Below are positions 1 through 8,447 of a stretch of 64,000 bases of DNA, in pieces. Position 1 is the stretch's first letter. Every line of letters starts with the position of its first letter. The position numbers and the translations under genes are program-made. Source of the DNA: Acidimicrobiales bacterium (lineage in GTDB: Bacteria; Actinomycetota; Acidimicrobiia; Acidimicrobiales; SZUA-35); assembly GCA_047638695.1 (NCBI GenBank), contig JBLINY010000012.1, forward strand, positions 1,559-65,558, in the 5' to 3' direction. The notes below the pieces were generated by a model, which ran no database searches, had not been told where the DNA came from, and worked only from the letters and a program-made list of their open reading frames with translations.

Positions 1-51
1 AGGGTCGCCATCGCCGTATGCGGCCCAACGAGCGGAACCTAGGAGCTGCCG

Positions 52-987
52 ATGTCATCTGTCGTCTTTGGTGTGGGGGCCTCCCACACCACACTCATGA
101 ACACGAAGTGGGACGAGGTCGACCACCTCGATCGAGCACATGCATTCCGTGACGGCCTGGCAACAGCCAAAGCAGCGTTGACGGAGGCCGAGCCCGACCT
201 GATCGTGATCGTGGGCACTAACCATTTCCGTGGCTTTTGGCTTGATCTGATGCCGTCGCTCACGATCGGTGTCGGTGAGGTGGTGGCGGCCGGTGAACAC
301 GGGACGCCGAGTGGTCCGCAACCGGTAGATCCTGAAGCTGCCGTCGCCCTCTGTAACCACGTCATGGCAGCTGACTTCGATCTGACGTTCTCGCTCCGGT
401 TGCAGGTCGATCATGGCATCAGTCATGCCATCCAATACCTGGTTCCTGACGGCACGCCGACCGTGCCGGTTGTGATCAATGTTTTCGCGCCGCCGCTGCC
501 ATCACTGCGGCGTTGTCTCAGCCTCGGCCATCACCTGCGCGCTGCCATCGAAGCCCTTCCCGGCGATCGGCGAGTGGCCGTAGTCGGAACCGGCGGGCTT
601 TCCCATCAGCTTCCGTTCCCCGATTGGCGTTCGCCTCAGAGCGACGACGACGAGTTCCTCGTTGAGTCTTGGCTGAACGGGCGTGGCGATTGGCAGCAAT
701 ACGAACAGCGAAGGCGAGCCCTGATCGTTGGCTCACCACCAGAGATAAACGAGGACTTCGATCGGGGTTTCCTGGCTCGTCTCGAGGCGGGGTCGCTGGC
801 CGGCTTTCCTGATGATGTCTCCGACGGTCAGCTCGTGGAGCTGGCAGGAAATGGTGGCAATGAAGCACGGCCGTGGTTGGCGATGGCAGCGGCGTGCGGG
901 CACCGACGCTTCGACACCGTGGCCTACTCGCCCATGGCCGAATGGCTCACCGGCATGGCGGTGTCGATGACGACTGACGCTTCGTGA
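52..987 (+). CDS. LigB/MhpB-family extradiol ring-cleavage dioxygenase
   Basis: SH near N-terminus, NHF, VDHG and GTGGLSH motifs typical of class III extradiol dioxygenases; AGGAG RBS upstream. Confidence 0.85.
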   Translation: MSSVVFGVGASHTTLMNTKWDEVDHLDRAHAFRDGLATAKAALTEAEPDLIVIVGTNHFRGFWLDLMPSLTIGVGEVVAAGEHGTPSGPQPVDPEAAVALCNHVMAADFDLTFSLRLQVDHGISHAIQYLVPDGTPTVPVVINVFAPPLPSLRRCLSLGHHLRAAIEALPGDRRVAVVGTGGLSHQLPFPDWRSPQSDDDEFLVESWLNGRGDWQQYEQRRRALIVGSPPEINEDFDRGFLARLEAGSLAGFPDDVSDGQLVELAGNGGNEARPWLAMAAACGHRRFDTVAYSPMAEWLTGMAVSMTTDAS

Positions 988-1841
988 CGATTTGGATCGA
1001 TCTGATTCAGACGCCGCATCAGATCGGCATGATCGATGCTGGTGGCGTTGACACCAGGGCGCTCGTGGCCGGCGACGGACCCGATGTGCTGTTTCTCCAT
1101 GGCACGAGTGGGCACATCGAAGCCTTCACTCGAAACATCGGACGTCATGTGTCAGCTGGTTATCGATGTCACGTCATCGATCTACTCGGGCATGGTTACA
1201 CGGCCAAACCCGACTACCCGTACGAGATTCCCCGCTACGTCGAGCATGTGCTGGCCTACCTCGACGCCGCTGGTATCGACCGTGTGCACCTGGTGGGCAC
1301 GTCGCTGGGTGGCTGGGTGTCAGCCCACCTGTCGTGGACTCACCCCGATCGGGTTGCGAGTCTTCAACTGATCTCCTCCGGTGGCAGCGTTGCTACGCCT
1401 GAGGTGATGGCCAAGATCAAGAACAGTACGACGGAGGCAGTGATGACCGACGATGTCGCGGTCACCCGAGCGCGTCTCGAACTGCTGATGTTCGACCCGG
1501 CCAACATCACCGATGAACTGGTGCAGATTCGCCATGACGTCTATCACCAGCCCGAATTTCGCCAGAACCTGCACAATATGCTCTGTCTCCAAGAGATCGA
1601 GATCAGACGCCGCAACATTATGACGCCCGAGGATTTGGGAAAAATCTCGGCGCCGACGTTTGTGATCTGGGGGAGTGACAACCCGTTCGGCGAGATTCCT
1701 GAGGCCACGAATATTCATCAGGCCATCATCGGTAGTCGCCTTGAGCTGGTCGCCGAAGCCGGCCACTGGCCGTACTACGAACAGCCTGAGGTCTACAACG
1801 CGTTGAGCATCGACTTCCTCAACGAGGTCGAAGGGCGATGA
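984..1841 (+). CDS. Alpha/beta hydrolase, meta-cleavage product hydrolase (MhpC/BphD-like)
   Basis: LHG, GTSLGG nucleophile elbow, GHW catalytic His; GTGA overlap with the dioxygenase. Confidence 0.8.
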   Translation: MTIWIDLIQTPHQIGMIDAGGVDTRALVAGDGPDVLFLHGTSGHIEAFTRNIGRHVSAGYRCHVIDLLGHGYTAKPDYPYEIPRYVEHVLAYLDAAGIDRVHLVGTSLGGWVSAHLSWTHPDRVASLQLISSGGSVATPEVMAKIKNSTTEAVMTDDVAVTRARLELLMFDPANITDELVQIRHDVYHQPEFRQNLHNMLCLQEIEIRRRNIMTPEDLGKISAPTFVIWGSDNPFGEIPEATNIHQAIIGSRLELVAEAGHWPYYEQPEVYNALSIDFLNEVEGR

Positions 1842-2629
1842 CCGAGATCCGATTCGGCTACGTCGCCACTGCCTTTGGGCAGCTGCACTATGCCGAGTCT
1901 GGAGACCCCGACGGCAAACCGCTGCTGTGTCTTCACCAGACTCCACGGTCGTGGGATGAGTTCCGAGAACTCCTGCCGCTGCTCGGAGCGGAGCGCCGGG
2001 CGATTGCGATGGACACCCTCGGAATGGGGCAGTCGGCTCCGCCATCAGGGCTAGCCTCAATCGAGGCCTATGCAGCCGGCGCTGTGGCCTTGCTCGATGC
2101 TATGGGTATCGAACGGGCGTCGCTGCTGGGCCATCACACAGGTGGCGTGATTGCCATCGAGCTGGCGGCATCGGCTCCAGGTCGGATCGATCGGATGGTC
2201 CTGACCTCGACTGCCTGGGTCGATGCCGCATCCCGAGAAAGACGTAAGCACCGTCCACCGATCGACGAAGTGGAGCAACAGCCTGATGGCACGCACCTGG
2301 CTGAGCTTTGGCAGCGGCGGCAACCCATCTATCCACCAGATCGGCCCGATGTGCTCGAACGCTTTGTCCACGACGCTTTGGCCGCTCGAGACCCCGAGGA
2401 AGGCCACCTAGCGGTGGGCGCATATCGCATGGAAGAGCGGGTTGGGTTGGTGCAGGCGCCCGTGCTCGTCGTGGGAGCTTCGAACGACCCGTACGCGTTC
2501 GGCGAGATGGAGCCGCTCGCTGCTCGGCTCGCTAATGCTTCAACTGCTGTGATCGATGGCGGCATGGTGGGATTGCTAGAAGACAAGGCGACCGAGGTAG
2601 CCGCCCTCACCCTGGACTTCTTACGCTAA
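1838..2629 (+). CDS. Alpha/beta-fold hydrolase (atypical elbow GHHTG)
   Basis: LHQTP, DTLGMGQS, LLGHHTGG; ATGA-coupled to the previous gene. Confidence 0.8.
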   Translation: MTEIRFGYVATAFGQLHYAESGDPDGKPLLCLHQTPRSWDEFRELLPLLGAERRAIAMDTLGMGQSAPPSGLASIEAYAAGAVALLDAMGIERASLLGHHTGGVIAIELAASAPGRIDRMVLTSTAWVDAASRERRKHRPPIDEVEQQPDGTHLAELWQRRQPIYPPDRPDVLERFVHDALAARDPEEGHLAVGAYRMEERVGLVQAPVLVVGASNDPYAFGEMEPLAARLANASTAVIDGGMVGLLEDKATEVAALTLDFLR

Positions 2630-2632
2630 TTG

Positions 2633-3469
2633 TCAGAGGCGGGCGAGGAAGTCGGTGGTGAGTCGATGGCCTCGGTCGATGAGGTCGGCGGTGCCGTTGA
2701 AGTTGAACGAGCCATAACCATCGGGGGTCGCTCGAGGGAGCCGGACCACCAACCGGTCGGGGGCAAGGTCCTCGGTGTCGGTTGCTGCCTGGCTGCGCAG
2801 CATCAACGATGCCGTGTTCAGGAGGCGGCCAACCGGTCGGTTGGACGGACGGGCGATCTGGTTCGGAGTGGCATCCAGGACGACGACCGTCGCTGCTCCG
2901 GTTCGAAGGGCGGGTCGAATCGGCACGTTGGCGGCGACGCCGCCGTCGATGAACTCGCGCCCATCGATGGTGACGGATGGAAAGATGCCGGGGATAGCGG
3001 TGCTGGCCATGAGGGCTCGGTCGGCTCGCCCCCGGTTCAATAGCACCACCTCGCCGGTGGCGGCATCGGTGACAACGATGGAAAGCGGGAGTCTCAGATC
3101 TTCGATCTCGGTGACAGGTAGATGATTGGCCACCAGCCGCTGAAGCGAATCGGGTTCGCTGAGATGCGATCCGCGCGAGCGCAGAAAAGTGACAACGGCT
3201 CGACGGCGACTGCCCCCGAAAACGGTCGCTTGATCGATGGCCCGCCACACCTCATCGAGCCGGTCTGCCGCATCATCGGGGTGAGCGGAAACGACCGCTC
3301 CGTTCAGAGCACCGACTGAGGTGCCGACAACGAGGTCGGGCCGGATGCCGGCCTCAGTCAGCGCTCGGAGCATGCCGACCTGTGACGCCCCCCACGAACC
3401 GCCACCGGAAAGGGCGAAGGCCAGTGGCCGCGGCCAGGTGTCCGGCCGCCCGTTGGTGTGGGCCGGCAT
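2633..3469 (-). CDS. Patatin-like phospholipase
   Basis: GGGSWG, GTSVG and DGG motifs; start reassigned to ATG at 3469 (TGATG overlap with the MFS stop). Confidence 0.9.
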   Translation of the reverse strand: MPAHTNGRPDTWPRPLAFALSGGGSWGASQVGMLRALTEAGIRPDLVVGTSVGALNGAVVSAHPDDAADRLDEVWRAIDQATVFGGSRRRAVVTFLRSRGSHLSEPDSLQRLVANHLPVTEIEDLRLPLSIVVTDAATGEVVLLNRGRADRALMASTAIPGIFPSVTIDGREFIDGGVAANVPIRPALRTGAATVVVLDATPNQIARPSNRPVGRLLNTASLMLRSQAATDTEDLAPDRLVVRLPRATPDGYGSFNFNGTADLIDRGHRLTTDFLARL

Positions 3470-4752
3470 CAGGTCTTGGCGAGGACGGGGGCCGGCGTGT
3501 TGGCTAAGCGATCTTGTTTCGACGTCCCGGCCAGCGGGAGCAACAGAGCAAACGATACGAAGGCCAAAGCCATGGCGATGACCAAGGTTGCGGTGTAGTC
3601 GACCCGGTCGATCAGAAATCCCATCGTCGGCGGGCCGACAAGTCCGCCGACTCCGGCCGACGTGTAGAGCGCACCCAAAATTCCCCCGAGGCCGGCCGGG
3701 CCGAAAAGCTCGGCCGCTACCGCCGGTGCCAGCGCGATGAATCCGCCATACGACACTCCCATCGCGACCGCGAATACCAATAGGGGCGGGTAGGAGTCGT
3801 CGGCTGCGATCCAAATCAGAAAGCTGATCGACAAGGCCAAGATCGACCCCTGGTAGAGCCGAACCACCGGGATCCGACCAGCCAATGTGCCGAGTCCGAG
3901 CCGACCAACAACCGACGCCAGTCCGATGACGCCGAGCAGTAGTCCGGCCGAGCCACTGCTGCCGTGGACTTTCAGATAGTCGCCCATGAAGACGAAGGGC
4001 ATGAACAAAGGAAAGGACAGGATCGACATCGAGGCATACAAAATCCAGAACGGCTTCGAGGAGCGAATGACGGTCAGCAGCTGAGGTGGAGCGGCCGTCG
4101 TCATGCTGGGTGGCCGCTGGGCGAGGAAGGCGGCCAGCGTCAGCAGCGCACCCGATGCCACGGCCATGATCACGTACGTCTGGCGCCATCCGTACCGAAC
4201 GATCAGTCGTTCGACGATCGGAGCGTTTACGAGGGTGCCCACGCCGATGCCGGCGACAGCGATGCCGATGGCGGTGGTGCGTCCTTTTTCGAACCAGCCA
4301 CCAACCGCAGCGACAACCGGCACGTACCCGCAGGCGACGCCGATGCCGACTCCGAGTCCGTACGTGACGTAGCCGAGCTGAAGGCTGTTCACCTTGCTGG
4401 TGGCGAAGAGACCCAGCGACATACAGACGGCACCGAACAGCATGACGGGTCGGGGCCCGATGCGATCGGCGATCTTGCCGCTGAACACTCCGAGGCTGAA
4501 ATAGAGGAAGGTGGTGACGGCAAAGAAGAAGGCTGTTGCGCCTCGTTCGCTTCCGAATTCGTCGGCCATCGGGCCGAAGAAGCCGCCGAAGCTGTAGGCG
4601 ACACCGAAGACCGTATAGAGGCTGAGGAAGGCGGCGAACACCATCATCCAGCCTCGAGGGCCATCGGTTGCCAGCGTCTTGCCAGCCGGTGCGGCCACCC
4701 CGACGTCAGAGGGCCGAGCGGCGGCCCTCTTGATCGTCGTGATGTTTCTCAT
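3469..4752 (-). CDS. MFS transporter (MCT/OFA-like)
   Basis: About 12 hydrophobic segments, GKIADRIGPR motif A; start taken at ATG 4752. Confidence 0.9.
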   Translation of the reverse strand: MRNITTIKRAAARPSDVGVAAPAGKTLATDGPRGWMMVFAAFLSLYTVFGVAYSFGGFFGPMADEFGSERGATAFFFAVTTFLYFSLGVFSGKIADRIGPRPVMLFGAVCMSLGLFATSKVNSLQLGYVTYGLGVGIGVACGYVPVVAAVGGWFEKGRTTAIGIAVAGIGVGTLVNAPIVERLIVRYGWRQTYVIMAVASGALLTLAAFLAQRPPSMTTAAPPQLLTVIRSSKPFWILYASMSILSFPLFMPFVFMGDYLKVHGSSGSAGLLLGVIGLASVVGRLGLGTLAGRIPVVRLYQGSILALSISFLIWIAADDSYPPLLVFAVAMGVSYGGFIALAPAVAAELFGPAGLGGILGALYTSAGVGGLVGPPTMGFLIDRVDYTATLVIAMALAFVSFALLLPLAGTSKQDRLANTPAPVLAKT

Positions 4753-4754
4753 TC

Positions 4755-5891
4755 CTACCTGAAGGCCCGGAAGCAGTCTCGCACATCGCCGACGAAGGTT
4801 TCGGGCACTTCGAAGGCCGCGAAGTGGCCACCTTTGTCGAACTCGTTCCAGTGGCGGATGTCGGTGAACGCGCCCTCCACCCACTTCCGAACTGGCGGCA
4901 CGATTTCTTTCGGGAACACGGCGAAGCCGGATGGGATCGAGACCGTGTGGCGAGTGCCCTTGCTAAAGCTCTCCCAGTACATGCGGCCTGAAGAGGCACC
5001 ATTCCCGTTGATCCAATACAACATGACATTGTCGAGCAACTCGTCGCGAGTCAGGACGTTTTCCGGGTGGCCGTCACAGTCTGTCCAGGCCCAGAACTTT
5101 TCGAGAATCCAAGCCGCTTGCCCGGTGGGCGAGTCGACTAATCCGTAGCCCAGAGTTTGGGGTCGGGTGGCTTGTTGTTTCGAGTATCCGGAGTCCCACG
5201 TCTTGTAGTACGCCATGCCATCGAGGGCTCGTTGCTCCTCGGCTGTGGGCTCACCTTCGATCTTTGGTCGGGCTCCCATGGCCAAGGTCGTGTGGATCGC
5301 GGCGCAATGGGTGGGATCGGTGGCGCCGATGGCGGTGGTAACGGCCGAACCCCAGTCGCCACCTTGTGCGAAGTAGCGCTCGTATCCGAGACGGTTCATC
5401 AGTGTGGTGAAAACTTCGGCGACTTTGTCTACTCCCCAACCGGTTTCGGTTGGCTTGCCCGAGAAGCCGAAACCGGGCAGCGATGGCGCAACGATGTGGA
5501 ACGCGTCGGCCGCGTCGCCTCCGTGGGCGGTGGGATTTACCAGGGGTTCGATGACCTTGTGGAATTCGACGATCGATCCGGGCCAGCCGTGGGTGATGAT
5601 CAGCGGGACGGCGTTCTCGTGCGGCGACCGCATATGCACGAAGTGGAGGTCGAGGCCGTCGATGTTCGTGGTGAACTGGTCGAATCGATTGAGGGCCGCT
5701 TCCCGGGACCGCCAGTCGTAGTCGGTGGCCCAGTACTGGCAAACCTCTTGGACGTACGCAAGCGGAATCCCTTGCGACCAGTCGTCGACAAGCTCGGCCT
5801 CGGGCCAGCGGGTGTTCTCGAGCCGTCGCCGCAAATCATCAAGCAGAGCATCCGGCACGTCGATGGTGAAGGGCGTAATCGTATCAGACAT
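4755..5891 (-). CDS. Epoxide hydrolase (microsomal-type, EHN domain)
   Basis: HGWPGS, QGGDWG, GGHFAAFE motifs. Confidence 0.93.
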   Translation of the reverse strand: MSDTITPFTIDVPDALLDDLRRRLENTRWPEAELVDDWSQGIPLAYVQEVCQYWATDYDWRSREAALNRFDQFTTNIDGLDLHFVHMRSPHENAVPLIITHGWPGSIVEFHKVIEPLVNPTAHGGDAADAFHIVAPSLPGFGFSGKPTETGWGVDKVAEVFTTLMNRLGYERYFAQGGDWGSAVTTAIGATDPTHCAAIHTTLAMGARPKIEGEPTAEEQRALDGMAYYKTWDSGYSKQQATRPQTLGYGLVDSPTGQAAWILEKFWAWTDCDGHPENVLTRDELLDNVMLYWINGNGASSGRMYWESFSKGTRHTVSIPSGFAVFPKEIVPPVRKWVEGAFTDIRHWNEFDKGGHFAAFEVPETFVGDVRDCFRAFR

Positions 5892-5939
5892 GTCGGGAGC
5901 GTATTGCCTTTGCCCCCCTTCGTCCCGTTCAGGTCGCGT

Positions 5940-6131
5940 TCAGCTGGTCTTTCCCTGGTAGCGATAGAGGGCGCCCCCGAGGCGGTGGGCCACCTGGCGT
6001 CGGAGTGTCGGAGGCTCGAGAACCTCGACGTGTGGTGAAAGCGAAAGAAGATCGATCGTGGTCGCAGCGATGGTTCCGAGGCGGAATGTGGCCTCGAGCC
6101 AGCCATCGGGGTCGGGTGCAACGGCTCGCTT
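5940..6131 (-). pseudogene. Remnant C-terminal (WCX-like) segment of a WYL-domain transcription regulator
   Basis: Hand translation KRAVAPDPDGWLEATFRLGTIAATTIDLLSLSPHVEVLEPPTLRRQVAHRLGGALYRYQGKTS*; DGW...VEVLEP.LR is typical of YafY/PafC C-termini; no credible start or WYL core upstream. Confidence 0.6.
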
Positions 6132-6205
6132 GACTCGAAGCGCTCGGATTGGCCGAGGTAGAACACAACGCCCGGAACAATCGGATGCGTGCTGTCGGAG
6201 ATTGC

Positions 6206-6724
6206 TCAGGCGGGGGCTTGGGCCGACATGATCCAGTCGACGACGTCATTGCCATCACGGGAGCCCCACACCCCGACCTGGCCGCGAACGGCTGATCGGG
6301 TGACTGGTTCGACCCGGCGCCACTCGGTGGCGACGACACGATGGGCGATGAGCCAGTCGCCGTCGCGGTTCTCGAACCGGTCGACGTAGCGGATGCCAAA
6401 CACATCGTCCTTGCCGGTGCCATCGTCATCGATGCGGTGGTGGTAGGCCACGGCATAGGTCTCGGCTTTGGCAACGTCGTTGTCGACCTCAATCAGCATG
6501 TTCCCCATGAAGTGCATGGTCGCCGTCCATCGCGGCAAGAACTTCTCGCACATGGAGATAAAACCGTCGATATCACCGGCGTAGCTGCCGTGATCGTCAT
6601 AGGCGTCGGGGTGGTAGCACGAGCGGACCAGATCGAAGTCGAGCCGGTCGACACCCCGGGCGTAGCGAAGGATGACGTCGGCAATCTCTTGGCGGGCGAG
6701 TAGGTCGTTTGTGGTGAGTGCCAT
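6206..6724 (-). CDS. SnoaL/NTF2-family protein
   Basis: RYARGVDRLD...YHPDA.DDHG...RYVDRFE.R.G.W.IAHR; start at ATG 6724. Confidence 0.88.
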   Translation of the reverse strand: MALTTNDLLARQEIADVILRYARGVDRLDFDLVRSCYHPDAYDDHGSYAGDIDGFISMCEKFLPRWTATMHFMGNMLIEVDNDVAKAETYAVAYHHRIDDDGTGKDDVFGIRYVDRFENRDGDWLIAHRVVATEWRRVEPVTRSAVRGQVGVWGSRDGNDVVDWIMSAQAPA

Positions 6725-6738
6725 GTCCGATGGTCTAG

Positions 6739-7341
6739 CTACCGCTGGGCCACGGCGCCAGCAGCAACGAGAGCAGCCGTGGCGTCGGCAAGGTTCTCCG
6801 AGATTGGTTCGCCGGTCAGCAGGAGTCGAACCCATATCGGACCGATGACCGACTCTGTGATGAGGTTGGCATCGGCATCGGGTGGTAGCTCGCCTCGATC
6901 GATACCTCGCTGGACGATCACTGCGCACTGACAAATTCGGTCGAGCCAGTACCGCTGCATGCTTTGGGCCAGCTCCGGAGAGGTGAGTGCGGCGCCAACG
7001 ACTGCTCGTGTGCGGCCTCCGTTCACCGGTGCGCCAACCAGGGCCGCCACCTGCCGAGCGAGCTGTTGCAGGTCGGTTCTGAAGGAACCGGTGTCGGGAA
7101 TCGGAACGTTCTCTTCACTTTGCAGTGACGCGGCGTCAGCGATCAGTTCCGCCTTGGTCGGCCATCGTCGATACACGGTTGTCTTGTGGACGCCGGCGTT
7201 GGAGGCAACGCGGTCGATGCTGAACGCTCCGTACCCGAAAGCGTCGAGCTCGGCTGCGGCGGCGAGAAGCACCGCACTGCGTACCCGGGCCGCTCGACCT
7301 CCCGGTCGCTTTTCACCGACGCGTGATGCTTCATCTGCCAC
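6739..7341 (-). CDS. TetR/AcrR-family regulator
   Basis: HTH SIDRVA..AGVHKTTVYRRWPTKAEL. Confidence 0.93.
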   Translation of the reverse strand: MADEASRVGEKRPGGRAARVRSAVLLAAAAELDAFGYGAFSIDRVASNAGVHKTTVYRRWPTKAELIADAASLQSEENVPIPDTGSFRTDLQQLARQVAALVGAPVNGGRTRAVVGAALTSPELAQSMQRYWLDRICQCAVIVQRGIDRGELPPDADANLITESVIGPIWVRLLLTGEPISENLADATAALVAAGAVAQR

Positions 7342-7354
7342 CTGTTGGATCTTA

Positions 7355-7416
7355 TCGCACTATGAGTTGCGTTTGTGGTCTTTGGCCGGCATCATAATTC
7401 GCAACAAAAGTTGCGA
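7355..7416. promoter_or_regulatory. Two candidate TetR operators in the divergent intergenic region
   Basis: Perfect palindrome TCGCAAC-AAAA-GTTGCGA (7399-7416) and degenerate 18-mer TCGCACTATGAGTTGCGT (7355-7372) between tetR and the SRPBCC gene. Confidence 0.7.
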
Positions 7417-7443
7417 TAACGAGCCCATGATCAGGAGTCCGAT

Positions 7444-7908
7444 ATGAAGCACGAGCTGACCACGACGATCGAGATTGAGGCCACGTCCGATGAGGTATGG
7501 GCTGTGCTTACTGACCTCAAGGAATACCCAACGTGGAACCCGTTTATCGTCTCGGCGAGCGGTTCGGTTGTGGTTGGGCAACGGTTGACCAACCGCATGC
7601 AGCCGCCCGGCGGCAAGGCCATGGCGTTCAAGCCGACGGTTACCGAGGTCGTTGCTAGCCAGACGTTCGAGTGGCTTGGTCGTTTGGGCCTCCCCGGTCT
7701 CTTCGACGGGCGCCACCGATTTGAGCTGAAGACCACAGCCTCTGGCGGAACATTGCTGCGGCACTCCGAGAAGTTCAGCGGGCTTCTGGTGCGAGCGTTC
7801 CGCTCGTCGCTCGAGAAGCAGACCAAGGCCGGTTTCAAAGCCATGAATGTGGCACTCAAGCAGCGGGTTGAGGGCTCAGTTAAGGGCGCCAGCACCAACG
7901 GTGGCTAG
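7444..7908 (+). CDS. SRPBCC/polyketide cyclase-dehydrase family protein
   Basis: IEIEA..DEVWAVLTD...YPTWNPF...FDGRHRFEL; AGGAG RBS. Confidence 0.9.
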   Translation: MKHELTTTIEIEATSDEVWAVLTDLKEYPTWNPFIVSASGSVVVGQRLTNRMQPPGGKAMAFKPTVTEVVASQTFEWLGRLGLPGLFDGRHRFELKTTASGGTLLRHSEKFSGLLVRAFRSSLEKQTKAGFKAMNVALKQRVEGSVKGASTNGG

Positions 7909-7943
7909 ATGCCACGCCTGGTTCGACGGGGTAGAACCTTTGG

Positions 7944-8447
7944 ATGACTGACTTCCCGCTTCCGAACAGTTCGACCGATCTGGACGGCCAGGTGGCCTTG
8001 GTCACCGGCACCACGTCCGGCCTCGGTCGGCGATTCGCGAAGGTATTGGCAGCATCTGGAGCCCGAGTCGTGGTGACCGGTCGACGTTATGAACGGCTCG
8101 AAGAGTTGGCGGCCGAGATTCGAGCTGACGGTGGCCAAGCGGCTCCAGTGTAGGTCGACGTCACCGACGCCGATCAGTTGGTATCGATGGTCGACCAGGC
8201 CGAGGCCCTTGCCGTCGAGTGGGTCAAGTTTGGCATCAACGTCAACGGCATCGCACCCGGAGCTTTTGCGTCTGAAATGATGGATGGGTTGCTCGAACGT
8301 CTCGGAGATTTCAGCAAGCACTTTCCGCGCCAACGACTGGGTGATCCGGCTCAGCTCGATAGCACTCTGCTCTATCTCTGTTCACCTGCATCGGAGTTCG
8401 TCACCGGCACGGTGGTGAAGGTTGATGATGGCCAAGGTCCCCGATGA
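7944..8447 (+). pseudogene. SDR oxidoreductase pseudogene (in-frame TAG plus large internal deletion)
   Basis: TGTTSGLG Rossmann motif; TAG at 8151-8153; VDQAEA fused directly to LAVEW..GINVNGIAPG, with the NNAG and YxxxK segments missing. Confidence 0.85.

Noticed and set aside
3964-6038. Long plus-strand ORFs (394 aa, 293 aa) and similar ORFs such as 42229-43371 and 59489-60592
   Set aside because: Antisense shadows of well-supported genes, expected in high-GC DNA.
8151-8153. TAG read-through (pyrrolysine) in the SDR
   Set aside because: The gene also lacks its catalytic core, and no pyl genes are visible in the window.
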